The position numbers and the translations under genes were made by a program. From assembly GCA_026770705.1 (NCBI GenBank), contig JANJGN010000036.1:1116001-1180000 (forward strand): a stretch of DNA of 64,000 nucleotides, read 5' to 3'. The notes beneath the pieces were generated by a model. It saw only the letters and a list, made by a program, of their open reading frames with translations, did no database searches and was not told the DNA's origin. The DNA comes from Isurus oxyrinchus. Taxonomy: Eukaryota. The first letter of the stretch is position 1. Every line of letters begins with the position of its first letter. Positions 38,001 to 51,700 of the stretch are shown here, one piece after another.

Positions 38001-39699
38001 GTAGATTTGAAGCATCTCTTTGAAATTATTAACTTCACACAGTTCCGATTTGTGTCTCCCAGTAATTAATCTAGAGTTACTGCTATATGGACTCGTACTG
38101 TGCCCTTGGAAAGAGAGGAATAGAATGGCGCAACCAATTGTGTGCAATTTTTCGATATGAACTTTATATGTTTCAATGATTATGCCTCATCCCTATCGAT
38201 GTGCATTCGCCGGAGGGAGGCTTCAGGAGAGAGAGTGTGTGTGGGTGTAGGTGACGGGCTGCACCATAACCTGAGATGTCTCTTGTTTTTTACTCCCTTG
38301 CTCAGTTATAGTGTCTCAGACTGTCCTGTCCCAGTCTGCACTTGTTCAGACAATCCCTGCGGGGAGTTGCGCTAAACAGAGCTGCCACATGGAGAGTCAG
38401 TAGCTGGGTCATCCACTGGTACAGACAGTGGGAGTGAAACAACATGAAGCTGATTCATATAGCGAGCAAGTGTCTCACAGTAGAGTGAGGGGAGGTGGGT
38501 GGGGGGCTGCTGATGGGGTGGATTTCCAGAGAGATTTCTGACAAAGCGGGTAATTATTCATTGCTCATTGCAGATACCTGGAGAGATGATTATGGCACAT
38601 ATTACTGTGCAATATACAATTCCCAGAACATGGCCTGAATATTCGGAAATGGCTCCCAGTTAGTGATTGCAGGTAAATGTTATCATTACTCCATCGAATT
38701 GAGCATTTCTACAGCAATTAAAGGTGTCTAGGTTGAACTGTTAATGGGGTTTCTGTTTCATTTGCCGAATTTAGAGGGCTCCTCGACCATATTCCTCCTC
38801 ACCCCGCCGGAGAATGAGATTCTTTCGATGGAAAGGATCCCGTTGTTGTGGTTGATCAAAGGCTTGTCCTTCAATTCTTGTCCCGTCCGCTGGAAAGTTT
38901 CCGGGTGGGATACCAAAGGAAAGACCAACTCCAGGACAATTGAGACAGACGGGACCTGCACCATCAGGAGTTACACGAGCCTCTCGGCGGAAAGTTGGAG
39001 AATTGGCGCTCTCTGTACTTGCACCATTCAAATCAACTCCAGTGACAATCTTCTCAGTGCAAGTGTCTCATCCAAAGAGGTACCTACTAACAGTGACCGT
39101 TTACCAATCTCCTTAATGCAGATGGGAGGCTTTGTCAACTTGGTAAATTAGAATTATACATCTTTCCGTGTGTGTCCATGTATCATAATTTTATGATTGG
39201 CCTATCACAGATCTCTCCATCTTTCAGTGTGCAGCTTTCTGAAATTCTAACTCCATCTGTTGTCTCCAAATCAGAGAGTTATGGATGCTCTGTTACTGAG
39301 GTAATTTTTGTGCACTAATGGAATAAGGGATGTGGACAGGGCAGGAAAGTGCATTTAATGTACAAGAGTAGCCGTGGTCTTATTGAATGGCGCATCTGCT
39401 TGGGGAGCCGAATGGTCTCCTGCTCCTATTTCTTATGTTCTTATGTCTGGCTACACATATTGACATTGTTCCTTGGCACTGGCTGATATTTCAGTGTGCA
39501 AAATTGAAAGGTGTGATTACATTCCCAGTGTTGAACTTTGTCTCACCATGCCTGTGTACAATTATCTGTTGATATCTCTTAACATTCACAAAATCTCTGT
39601 CTGTCTTGGTTAAACAGTGATGTATAAGATATCATCTCTATCTGCGTATCTGTCTGTTTATCTGTCTATCCATTTCTCTTGCTCTGTATCAATCAATCC

Positions 39700-41150
39700 A
39701 TTCCTGTCCTCGTGCAGTTTTAGAAAGCTGATATATATCTGTGTCTGACAGTCACTCCCTCTCTACCCGTCTCTGAAACCCTCTATCTACAACTCCCCAG
39801 TTCTGTCTCCCCGTGTCTCTCTCGCTGTTTGTGTATTCACTTTCTGTCTGTCTTGCGCTCTGTCTTGATCTATTGATACATGTATTGATCTCTCTATCTA
39901 TCTCACCCTACCTCTGTTTATCCTGACTATTTTTATCCTAGTTACACGATGTGTTATAAGAAATCTGGGGCATTCATTTCTCTTCCTATCTCTCAATGTC
40001 TCGCCATCTCTCCCTCTCTTTTTCTCTTTTCGCTCTCTGTTTCTATCACGCTCTCTCTCTATCCTTTTTCATCAAGTTAATCAGTTCTGTACAAGTTATA
40101 TGCCCTATGTATCACACCCTCTTCCTCTCCCTATCTCTATCTGTCTATCACTCCATCCATCTCTCCATGCATCTCTTTGCTCTGCTTGTCCCACTCACCT
40201 AATCTCCCGGTCTCGCTCGCCCACTCTCTTCTCATCTCTCCCTCTCCCCCTCTCCAACTCTCCCTTCCTTCCTCTCTCCCCTATCTCCCCATTCTTCCTC
40301 TCCCCCACTCTATCTATCTCTCCCGTTCTCCCTCTCTCCCCCTCTCTCCATCGATCCCTCCCTCCCGAAAACTGCCTCTCTCGAATTCCCCCTCTTTTCC
40401 ATACTACCATCTCTCCCCCCTTCCTCTATCTTCAAATGTCTCCCTCTCTATCTCTCCCTCTCTCCTTATATCTCCCTTTTCTCATCTCTCCCCAAGTCTC
40501 CCTCTCTCCACCATCTTTCACTTTCTGCAACTTCTCTCCCCCTCTCCGCATCTCTCTCCTCTCCCTCTCTAATCCTCTTTCCCTTGTTTACCCTCGCTTC
40601 CACTCTCACCTCTCTCCCCCGCTTCAACTATTTCCCTCAGAGTCTCAATCGTAGTTAAATAGTTTTCTCTAAGTGATCTGGTCTCTCGATCACTCTGTCC
40701 ATCTCTCCCTGGCTTAACATTTCTTTGCTTTAAAAATAGTGCTCTGTATACCCCACCCCATCATTCTCCCTCTATCTCTCTTTCGTCATTTCTCTATGTT
40801 TGTCCCATTAAAATAGTGTTCCAGAAATTCGCTGCACTCTCCCTCTCTCGCTTTCTCACGCTCTATTTCATTCTCCATAAACAGTTCTCTTTCCACCTCT
40901 CTATCACTCTCTCTCTCTCTCAGTGTCCTATTCTAACTGTGTTTTTAAAAATCTCTTGCTCCTCCGCTCTCATTATCATTCGCCCTCTCTCAGTCACTCT
41001 CTCTCTCTACCTCTCTCTATATATTTCTGTCTTGTTTAAACTGTATAAGATCTCAGCTCTCTCTTGCCATCAATCTCTCTATCTCTTTATAACTCTTCTC
41101 CTTCTTTCTATTTCTTCCTACTTCTGTTCTGTTTTAACAGTGTTCCAAAA
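39700..41150 (+). repeat. CT-rich low-complexity tract in the B2 C1-TM intron
   Basis: Degenerate (TC)n/(TCCC)n. Confidence 0.9.
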
Positions 41151-41943
41151 GGTTCTGCTCTATTTCTGGATAGTGAAATGTGGAAGAATGTATTTCCGTC
41201 TCCAGGTAATATCACACATTAAGATTTGTCATTTTTCCCCACTTGTTTAATTAATCCCAAAAACTTCCTTTTAAGTGAAAGGTGTTTTTTTTTTGCAGAT
41301 TCTCCGCTATCTGCTGCCTACAGTTTATTGCTCTCAGTGAGGCTGTCGACGGCGGAGCTTCTCCTTTTGGGGATGATCCTTGTGGCCGGGAGAAGGAGCT
41401 GCAGGAACAGCCAGACAGGTAGCGATTGTTGGGAGACGCTGCAACTCTCCGGCGCTCCCAATCCATCCATTTATCAATGGTTATTGACACTTTCAGATGG
41501 TTCAGTGTGAAATGTAGCCACTTATGCTCAGTTCAAATTTTACTTTCTAACAGGAAACAGTGAAGAACATTGATGTGGAACTGACAAATTCCAGAGAACA
41601 ACGAAAGAATAAAGTGATAAAAGATGGTATTGTTGTTGTCACCGTGTGTGGATACTTTTCCCTGAATTTTAATCCAAGGTTTAATCTCATAGTTATTGCT
41701 ATGAATCTCGAAAGGTTTGCGTAGTGCGCATGATAGAATGGCAGAAACCAGGCTTCAATTCCTCTCGTGGTTAACGTTAAGGACTGACTTAATCAAGAGG
41801 TTTAAAATGATAAAGGAAACGATCGTATCAATGGGGATAAACTATTTGCTCTAGTGGTGCGGGTGTGTGGGTGGGGTGCCCAGTGAATAGTTGGGGTTCG
41901 GGTGCTGGAGTCCAGAACTAGACGGCAGAACCTTAAAATTAGT

Positions 41944-42119
41944 ACAAAAACAAAAATAGCTGGAAATAGCTGTGAAAACTCAGCAGCTCTGATGAAGAGT
42001 CATATGGACTCTGTACGTAAACCCTGACTTCCTCTCCGCAGATGCTTTCAGACCTGCTGAGTTTTCCCAGCTATTTTTGTTTTTTTTTCAGATATCCAGC
42101 ACCTGCAGTATTTTGCTTT
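41944..42119. mobile_element. Penelope-like fragment with inverted ends and a 14-bp TSD
   Basis: TSD accttaaaattagt at ~41930 and ~42120; inverted arms aaaactcagcag / ctgctgagtttt. Confidence 0.75.
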
Positions 42120-44227
42120 ACCTTAAAATTAGTGCTCGGTCGCTCAGGGGTGATATCATGAAGCACTTAGTCACACAAAGGCGAGTGGAAACCTACAGCT
42201 ATCTCCCCATAAAAGCTACTTATTCTGCCGGATCAATTGGAAAAGTCAAAACTGAGATTGATAGATTTTTGTTGTGTAAGGGGATTAAGGAGTATGCAAC
42301 CAAGGTGTGTAGTTGGAAGTTATCCAGATCCGCCATGATCCAATTGAATATACTGCAGGGCCCGAATGGCCTCCTCCTATCCCTATGATGATGGTGTTTG
42401 TTATATTAATAGATTCGGTTTTTATTGTTTCTCCACAGGCACTTTATGCACAATTGGCATTTAAGGAGGATACCACACTCTGGTTGGAGAGGAAAGAGGG
42501 AGAGAGCTCACAGTTTGCTTCCCGAACATGACGTGTTGTAGAAAGATTCCTCTGTTGGGCGGGGAAGTCCGAAAGTCCAACCGATGCAAATCCTGGCGCA
42601 TTCTCGGCGGAACTTTATGATGTCGCCAAAAGCATGAACTGAATAATCTCGAAATTCCCGCTATTCTAAAGATGAAATGTCGTGTGCAGTTCCATTCTAG
42701 TTTCTCCAGCTTTCTGTTATCTGGTTTATTTTGGCTTTTGCAGCTTTATTCAGTATGTCAGCAAGAAATTATTCAAACATGCTTTATAATGTATCTGTGC
42801 TCGAGTTACCTACACATTGAAACAGATTTGAAAACCAATGACAGCTCTGATTTAGCAGTTTTTTGTTGATTTGCAGCAGATGCGCCCAGGATATCTCTGA
42901 GGCCAACTTGCGAAGTCATTTATAGAGGAATGTAAGCAGAATGGAGGTAGGGTTGTGGACCGACAGGGACTGGATGGGGATTTAGGCTGCATTGATGAAA
43001 ACGCTGCAGTGTTAGTGGACCCCGAGCCTTCACTGCTCCTGTGCTGGGAGTGAAAAATGTTACAATTACACTTGAAAGAAAATTATTGACAATTCATCCA
43101 CCTTTCTGTCAATACAGTTGAATGCATTTTAACTACTAAAATCACTGGTTCGAAGGCACTTAATGAACAGGAAGAGGAAATTCGTCCCGTCACTCCTGGG
43201 TCAGCTTTTTGAATGTGCACTTTAGTCCCACACCCCAGCTGTCTCCTCATTGCCCTGTGAATTAGTCCTCTTGTAACATACCGCCCATTGAACGTTAATG
43301 TCTATCCTGAGTACAGCAGATCCCATCGACTGTGACTGAAGACGGCTTTCTGCTGATGTTAACGATTCGCAAAAATGAACACAATTCGCGCCTCACATTA
43401 GAATATTCGTCAAACGCATGAGTCAATTTGATGTTTCACTGAGATGATGTAAACTATTTCCATGACATCTTTCGTTTAATCAATATTTAGCAGCTGCTGT
43501 GGAAACCGTTGTTGTGCTCTTTACTGGATATTTTTGTTGATGATTAAACTCTGGCCTGGAGAGAATATCGTAAATCCTGTTCGTAACAGATAGAAACATT
43601 CCCAAATTAACACTAATATTATTTTGTTGTCAAGATTCATTCTGCACAGACATTTCGAGAGTATTTCCTGACACTTATTACAAGTTGCAGATGGAAAAGC
43701 ATCATCCGCCAATGACAGTTTATCTGTCCGGCAAGGTGTTGTTATTCTCAACCTGCAGGGAAAAAACATTTTCCATAAAAATACCAGGGGAAATTACAAG
43801 CTATTCCCTATTCTACCTACCCAGAGAATCATTCCTGCTGCTGATCTCTCTCTGTGCCACCGACCTCCAGGCATCAGTCATCATAATATCTTGACCTATT
43901 AAACACAGAGAAACATTGGAGCCATTCAGTGCCTCTGTTTGTACCTGGCATTCGATCTGGTCATGGATAAAATTAGGAAATTGATATTGTTTTAGTACGT
44001 TCTATGTGCATTTGTTTTTTTTAAGTATACGGTACACCTTTAAGTTTAAGTTTAATTTATATATTTTTTTATTTTTCGAGTGAAATGTGTAACCTGAGAT
44101 CTAATTTCATTTTTGAAAGAGGCAGAAGGTCTAAAGTATCTGTTTTTATACTTGTGTTTCTAATGATTTTTATGACTCCTGAAGTGAAGGTGAAGCAATC
44201 ACAAGAAAAGAACAAGCGGTGTCATTG

Positions 44228-44810
44228 CCATTGGTCAGTAAGTTCGCGGATGACACGAAAATTTTTTGGGTGATAAATAGTGAGGAGGATAACCTTAGAT
44301 TACCGGAGGGTATAGATGCGCTGGTCAGATGGGCTGATCAGTCGAAAATGGGATTTCATCAGGACAAATGTGAGGTGATGCACTGGTGGGGGACAATCAA
44401 AGCAAGGGAATACACGATGAATGGTAGGATACTGGGAAGTACCGAGGATCAGAGGGACTTGTCGTGTATGTTTACCAGTCCCTTAATGTAGTGTGACAGG
44501 TAGATCAGGTGGATAGGATTGATTCAAGGAAATGGACAGGTGGTTTAGAGGGGATCTAAGGAAGCATCCTTTCACCCAGAGGGTGATAGCAATCTGGAAT
44601 TCACTGCCTGAAAGGGTGTGAGAGGCAGAAAACTTCTTAACATTACAGGAGTATTTGGATGTGCTCTTGTGTTGCCATGGCATACAAGGGTATGGGCCTA
44701 CAGCTGGAAAATGGGATGAGAATAGCTAGGTGCTTGTTTGACTCGCAGGATCGATGGACCTGAGGGCCTTTTCCTGTGCTTTAGAGCCCTATGACCCTAT
44801 GACTGCACCC
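44228..44810 (+). mobile_element. 5'-truncated CR1 LINE fragment
   Basis: VSKFADDTKI..WADQSKMGFHQDKCEVMH, followed by a CR1 3' end with a 'ctatga' repeat tail. Confidence 0.88.
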
Positions 44811-47800
44811 ATTTTGGATACCATTATGATTCTGGATAGCACAAAAAGTGGGTTAATGGGTTACAGGTTAAAGTGTTGATCTCAGTTTGGAGGTTGTATC
44901 TTTCACGAAGCTGGGGCTCTTTCCTCTCGAAAAGTTGAGGGGCTGACAACACAGAGGCATTTAAAATTCTGAATATATTTGATGCGTTGGACGTAAAAGT
45001 GACATTCAAACTTATGGGAGCGAGACCAGAATTAGTCAATATAAGATAGTCACCAATGTATCCAATCAGGAATGCAGCAGAAACCTCTTTATTCATATAG
45101 TGTGGAGAATGTGGAACTCGCTCCCATAGGGAGTGGCCGAGGTGAATTGCCGAGTTGCACTGAAGTGGGCATCAAAATAAACACACGAGCTGTAAGGAAT
45201 TGAGGATGTGTTGATGGTGTGGGATGACGGGAGTGAGGCGGTGAGCTGAGAGGTGGGGAGGAGTGGAGGGGGAGGTGGGGGGAATTTCCTTTGGAGCAGA
45301 AACACCGGCACAGAGCAGATGGCCCACGCTCTGCTGATACACAGGAGTAATTCTGACACAAAGAGGCAGGCGGGAAGACAGGTTCAGGGTGAAACAAGCA
45401 CTAAAATATTTGCGTCATATGATTGTTTTTTTTTCAACCTGGCTTGCTTTTGTTGAAATCAGAATAAATTAATGTGTTCTGGGTGAATTAAACAGAACAC
45501 TCTGAATGAGGGTCATTTTCCCTCTGCCCAGGCAAATGTTCGAAGCAGTAATGTTGTTGATTGCAACTAGTCTGGACTGCGCACCGCCTGTGATGCGTAT
45601 TTCCTACGGTCTGTAGTCCTTGTAGGCAGAGCCGTGTGTGGTCTCCTAACCTGTAAACAGGAAACGCTCAGCTACAATTTGCGCCGCACTGATTTCCCCT
45701 GTGCGCTTCTTTGAAACGTTTCACGTAAGTTCCCCCTGTCTCCCTGGGGCCAATATTTATCCCCGAAATAACACCATTAAATGCAGGATCTGGGTTATAA
45801 TCACTTTGTTATTTGTGGGTCTTGCTGCACGCAATTTCAGCTGCCACGTTTCCTACATGACAACACTTGAAAAAAATGTCCTTCATTGTATCTAATGCAC
45901 CGGTTTTTCCTTCTTGCTCGTGTTAATGTTTCACATTTAGCCCTCAAACGTTTGACCCCATTAGGCTGTATTAACCACTGGGCGGTCTTTTTATATATTT
46001 TACTTTTGTAGCCGATTCGTCATGGCAAGTAATTTCTCTTTCTATCTGCCAATGCAGAACCCATAATGTTGACTATGTACCTCTCAGTTATTTTATCTCA
46101 GGCAGTTTTGTCCGAGACACCGGAGGTTCAGAATCTCTCGCTTGGAAGTAAAACAAGATTCATTGTGACACGGCTTAGTTGGCGGAGGTGGGGAGGGGGC
46201 AGTTGACTGGTATAAACCAAACCAGTGGACGCATCTCCTACTGGTTCGCACCGTGACAGAATACAACTCTCCAACCGGGAGATATTCGAGAGAAGGTTAT
46301 GAGAATGGAACCTGTGTTCTCTGAATATTGGGGATGCCCAGGCTAGTGATTCGGGCATGTTTTACTGTGCAGCTAGGGAGATCAGTAGGGTGTGTTTTAC
46401 GTTTGGAAATGGTTCAAAATGGTTTATCACAGGTGCAAATTAAGATTATTTTACACATTGTATGATCTATAACCACTAAGTTATGGCCAATACTAAGCGA
46501 ATTTCAACGCCCGATTCCACCACATTCTCAAATAATCTACCATTTTACCCCGCCTCCAGCTGAAATTCTCTGGATGGTAGGGGCATTTTTGGTGTGTTTG
46601 GTGAAGTGTCTGCCATCCACTGGAATGTTTTCGGGTGGGATGTCCAGGGACAGGGCGATTCCAGGACTATCGATCTGGACGGGACATACACCAACTGGAG
46701 TTACATAATTCTTTGGGGGAAACTAGAAGCAGCAGTGCTCTCTGTACTTATGCCATTCAAATCAACTCAAGTTAAAATCTTCCAAGTGAAACTGTCTCAC
46801 CTCAGAGAGTTAGCTGTTAACAGTTTCCTTGTGCATTTAATGTGCGGCCTATTTGTTAGTAATATCTCTTTGCACATTTGAACTCCCTGTTCAACTTATT
46901 CACTTATTTTTTTTGATCCCTTACTCAGTTCTGATGTATCTCACCATTTCAGTGTATATCTTTCTGAATTCTTAAGCCCATCTGTCCAATTGGGATAAAG
47001 GCCTATGGAGAGAGATAAAACATTTTGAAGTCAATGATTAAATAAAAGGCCAATTTTCTGTTTACCACTTTCTTTCTCGATTCCTCAATGGCATTATCAG
47101 TATACCATAGAGCTTCCAGCACCGACGCACTGCATTCTGCCCTTTGGATCAGTGCTAGTGTTTCTGCTCCAAAAGATACTCTTCCCAGCGCTCCTCATCT
47201 AATCCGATGAACATATCCCTCTATTCCTTTCTCCCTCATGTATTTATGCAACGTCACCCATCAATCTGTCTCTGTAATTCACCTCAATCACTCCCTGTGT
47301 GAACGATGCCCACATTATCCTTGCTGTATGATTAAAGAGGTTTATCCTGAATTCTCGATTGGATTTATTAGTCACTGTCTGATATTGATGGCTTCTAGTG
47401 CTGGTCTCCCCCAAAAAGTGCTAATAACTTCTATACTCCTGCCAAAAACCCCTTTCGTAGTCTTAAATCTCTTGATCAGGTCACCCCACAGTCTTGTCCT
47501 TTCTCGAAATAAAGAAGACAGCCTGCTTAAACTTTCCTGACTGTTATAACCTCTCTCTTCTGGTAACATTCCAGCAAACCTTCTCTTTATCGCACCTTCC
47601 CATGTGCCTATATATTCTTTTTCTGAAATGCAGGCCAGGATAATTCACAGGACTCCATGTGCGGCCTGGCTATGTTTTGATATACCTTAATGTTGTCTTT
47701 CTTCTTTTCATTGCTGGGCCTGCTTCATATCACCTTATTTACATCTTGTCACTACTATCAATGATTTTTGTCTCATACCTCAGAGCCCACTGTTCCTCTT

Positions 47801-48224
47801 TCCGATTTATACGCTTATTTTCCAGTGAGTATGTCATCCAAATCCTATCACTATGTCTAACCCAGACCCCAATCCTTCTCCTTCCTAGCTAAACGGTCCC
47901 TGTTTTACATTTCATCCAAGATATAAGAAAGGAATCCGCTGGATGACTGTAAGCTGGTTAGTCTTTCAAGAGTGGTGGAGAAAAGCATAGCTGCAACTAC
48001 TATACATGAAACTGGTGAGTGTTGCTAAATAAAGGGGTCCATTAAGGACACCCAGCACCAATTTGTGAACGTGTAGTCATGCTTAATTCATTTAACAGAG
48101 ATTGCTCTCTCAACAAGTGTCCGAGTGCACAGTTAAAGATAATGCAGTAGAAAGAACCTGCATGGGGTTCCACAAGGTCATCACCTCTTTTTGTTTTATA
48201 AATGTATTTCTCGCATGCACCCGA

Positions 48225-48489
48225 NNNNNNNNNNNNNNNNNNNNNNNNNNNNNNNNNNNNNNNNNNNNNNNNNNNNNNNNNNNNNNNNNNNNNNNNNNNN
48301 NNNNNNNNNNNNNNNNNNNNNNNNNNNNNNNNNNNNNNNNNNNNNNNNNNNNNNNNNNNNNNNNNNNNNNNNNNNNNNNNNNNNNNNNNNNNNNNNNNNN
48401 NNNNNNNNNNNNNNNNNNNNNNNNNNNNNNNNNNNNNNNNNNNNNNNNNNNNNNNNNNNNNNNNNNNNNNNNNNNNNNNNNNNNNNNNN
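48225..48489. other. Assembly gap (N run)
   Basis: N bases. Confidence 1.
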
Positions 48490-48494
48490 TCCAT

Positions 48495-48712
48495 TGATCT
48501 ATCTATCTATCTATCTATCTAGGTGCCTGCCTCTCTGTCTGCTTGTCTATATATCTACCAATCTATCTATCAATCTACCTATCTATCTATCTCTCCATCC
48601 ATCCATCCATCCATCGATCTATCTTTCTATCGATCTATCTATCTATCCATCTATCTCTCTTTCTCTATCCCTCTATCTATCTATCCATCCGTCTCTCTCT
48701 CTCTCTCTTTCT
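48495..48712. repeat. (TATC/CATC)n and (TC)n microsatellite
   Basis: Directly visible, next to an N gap. Confidence 0.9.
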
Positions 48713-51700
48713 GTCACACGCTGCCTATGTGACTGTCTCTCTCTATCTCCCAATCCATCTACCTTCAAATTTGTCAATTTGCTTCACTTCCCTAATAAAT
48801 GTCGATTTTTCAAAGTGTGTTGGTGATGTTGGTGATACTGTCAAGACTGACAATGATTGCACGTCCCGAGTAGCCCTCTGTATGTGCCAAACGCTTGGGT
48901 TCCACGATTTCTTCTGAAAACAATGAAATTTTAAAGTTTTTTGCTGCGTACCACCTTCCCCCTTTCCGGGAGTTCGTCAGTGGTGGGATTCTCCTGCAGA
49001 GAGTGGTTCTTGTGGCCGGAAGAAGGAGTTTCAGGAACCAGGAGCCAAAGAGAAATTATAGAGAGAAGCTGTAACTCTGCGGCACTATCAATGCATCCAT
49101 TAACCACTGGATTTCTGGCACTTTCAACTGTTTGAATGTGAACTGAGGTCATTTCAACTAAGTTTAAATTTCACTTTCTAACAGGCAACATGAACATTCA
49201 TGTGGAACTGACACCTTCCAGAGCAACAGCACAAGAACATGCGGTAACTATGGATGGAATTGTTTCCTAACATGTGCTTTACATTTTACTGCAATTTAAC
49301 CTAAGGATAAAAGTTCATTGTTAATATCAGATGAGCCTAAGAGATTTTGCATAGAGCACGTTGCAAGATAACACTGTTTACATGTCATATAACATTGCGA
49401 CAATAGATGAAAATTATAGATAGGTGTTCAGTTGAATAAGTCAACGTTCAGATTGCTAAGTTTTTGTTGGGAAAAGGGGAATAACTAGGGAACAAAGGAG
49501 AGGAGATGCGGTTAAGATACAGATCAGAAAAGACGTAATTAAAAGGCATAACATGCTCCAAGGGCTGAATGGCCTCCTGATGATGGCTTGGCTCACGATA
49601 ACTGTTTGTGTCTTCTCTTACAGATTATGTTTGCTAGGCTGGCATTGAATACGGATCCTACAGTCTGATTGCAAACGAAATTGAGAGCTCAAGTTCTGCT
49701 CCCGTGCTGTGACGTGTAATGGAAAGTTTCCTATGTTGTGCCCTTATTGTAGCAAAGCCTGGAGGTATGACCATTTCCAAGAGGCAGCCATCGCAAATTC
49801 TATTCCTGGCAGAATCCATGTTTATTAATAACAATTAGCAATATAGCACGCTGATCCATCATCGACTGGAGTGCCTTCAATTCTAAAACAACAGGTTCCT
49901 TGTCAACCCGAAATAGATTCCAGGAAATTTTAGTTTTGTGCTCAGTATCGATATATTTCCACTTTCTTGTGGTAGCTTTTCTCTGTTCATTGTGCATCTT
50001 TGTGCGGTGCTTGAGCAGAAAACAGCGAATTCGTGCCCAAGTTAGCAATTCATTAAAACACGTTTTGAAACCCAAGCATTGTCTTTAGGAATTCAGGAAG
50101 TTTGATCGCTTAGTGCAGATGTGCTCCATGAACCTGCAATGGCAGGTTACATTACAACTTGATAGACAAGATGTTGGCAGTTTAAAAGTGAGGCCAATTC
50201 TACAAGAATGCGACCATAACTGAAAGGTTCTGATACCAGGGGATATGGAACAGTCTGGGCCTCTTTTCTCCGCAAAAAAAGAAGTCTGAGGGGTGACCTA
50301 ATGACGATAATTAAAATTATGAAACGTTTCGATACGTGGAGAGAGAGAGGGAAAGTTTCTATTTGCAGGCAAAGCTGAAGTAAAGGCCATGAACATTGCA
50401 TATACGCCAATAATTCTATTGGCGAATTCAGGAATTATTACTTTCTCGGGAGAAAGGAGACAATGCAAAGCTCACAACCACAGCGAGTGGCCGAAGGAAA
50501 TATCTCAGATACATGTAATGGGGAAACTGCATGACTATATCATGAATAAAGAAATAAGATGATCTGTTGCTGGGATGAGATGTAGAAGGTGTTGGATGTG
50601 GCTCGTATGAAGCAGAAACACCAGCAGGGTCAAAGGGGCTGAATGGCTTGTTCATGCTCTGAGTTTTGCAAAGCAGAAAACATGAGCAGTGACTGAAAGC
50701 TCTTTGCTCTGAAGAGTTCGCATCAATAACAGAAGTTCTTCTTTGCGCTGAAAGATATAGCTAAACGTAACAGTGGGATTCAAAGAATTTTTCACTGAGA
50801 TGATCTGATACTTTTGCATTACACCTTCAAGATTATAAGCATTAAAAATTATGGTTTGAGACCGCTGTTTTTTAAGATACACATTCCGACTTCAACAAAT
50901 CTTATTCACTGAGCAAGTGAAATCCCAGAGGGAAGCGTGTCTTACTGATTTTTTTCTGTTTTGAACACGAAGGGAAAACTTTTACGATTCTTATATAAAG
51001 AAGAAAAAAAAATACACAAGATCAAAATTATATGCTTGAAGCAGCCTTACAAGGTATTCCTCCAATCAAAACCCTTTTCAAAACTCACAAGTGAATAATT
51101 TGCCAACAGTTCCCTTATGGGGTTTTAAATGTTAAAATCCAGTAATATTACACATGGCAAAAATTGCTGCTACTTTGGTAAAGGATACGACCCGGCCTCC
51201 CACTCTCTACCATTCTGTCTGGAAATCCAAAGGAAGTTTAAATACAGACTTCCACCTGAAAGCAAAGACTTCTCTGGCTTGAAATCGGATGGCTGCTTAA
51301 AATTCTCAAACATTCTCTGCACAAAGCTGGTCTCAGTGCATCTCGCTCACAGAGCCACCTCAACTCAAATGCAGCCTTACAAGGTACTCCTCCAACAGAA
51401 ACCCTTAAATATTTAAATATTTGAATCTTAAATATTTAAACATTTCCCTTAAATATTCCCCCCCCCTTTCATCCGGGCCTCCATTGTCCTACGCAGCTCT
51501 TTGAACTCAACTTTTCCAAAATATAAAAATACTTCACGTCTTCCTATTACCGCCACTTTCGGTCAAATATAAATAAATAACATTCCCTTATGTACTTTAT
51601 AAATATTTGGAAGTGGCAAGAGTTCTTAAACTTCCTTTGAAATTTAGCAGCTGAAAAGACAAATCCTTACCTATCGTCTAATGCGAATTTAAAAAGCCCA

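Larger units (their letters stand above)
37249..42483 (+). pseudogene. Gene B2: VJ-C1-TM pseudogene
   Basis: Leader 37249-37291. V+J 38306-38672 has stops, a frameshift and a G-rich insertion. C1 38775-39079 has first Cys>Trp and is 1 nt short. TM 41299-41418. Last exon from 42439 reads ALYAQLAFKEDTTL with stop TGA>TGG. Confidence 0.85.
46088..49668 (+). pseudogene. Gene C2: diverged B-like VJ-C1 pseudogene
   Basis: V+J 46088-46432 is frameshifted (..DSGMFYCAAREISRVCFTFGNGSK). C1 remnant ~46530-46809; TM remnant ~48935-49050; cytoplasmic exon 49185-49243; last exon 49624-49668 reads IMFARLALNTDPTV*. The leader was deleted near 45730. Confidence 0.8.
28394..50769. repeat. Tandem segmental-duplication unit 2 (A2/B2/C2)
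   Basis: Co-linear homology of introns, exons and intergenic DNA with units 1 and 3. Boundaries are approximate. Confidence 0.9.

Noticed and set aside
40100-40654. Ser/Leu/Pro-rich ORFs (also 62668-63255 and the 15-16 kb region)
   Set aside because: These are translations of CT-rich low-complexity intron DNA.
41419-41545. 'TYAQF' Tyr motif downstream of the B TM exon
   Set aside because: It lies in the intron just before the ctaacag acceptor, and TM read-through stops before reaching it.
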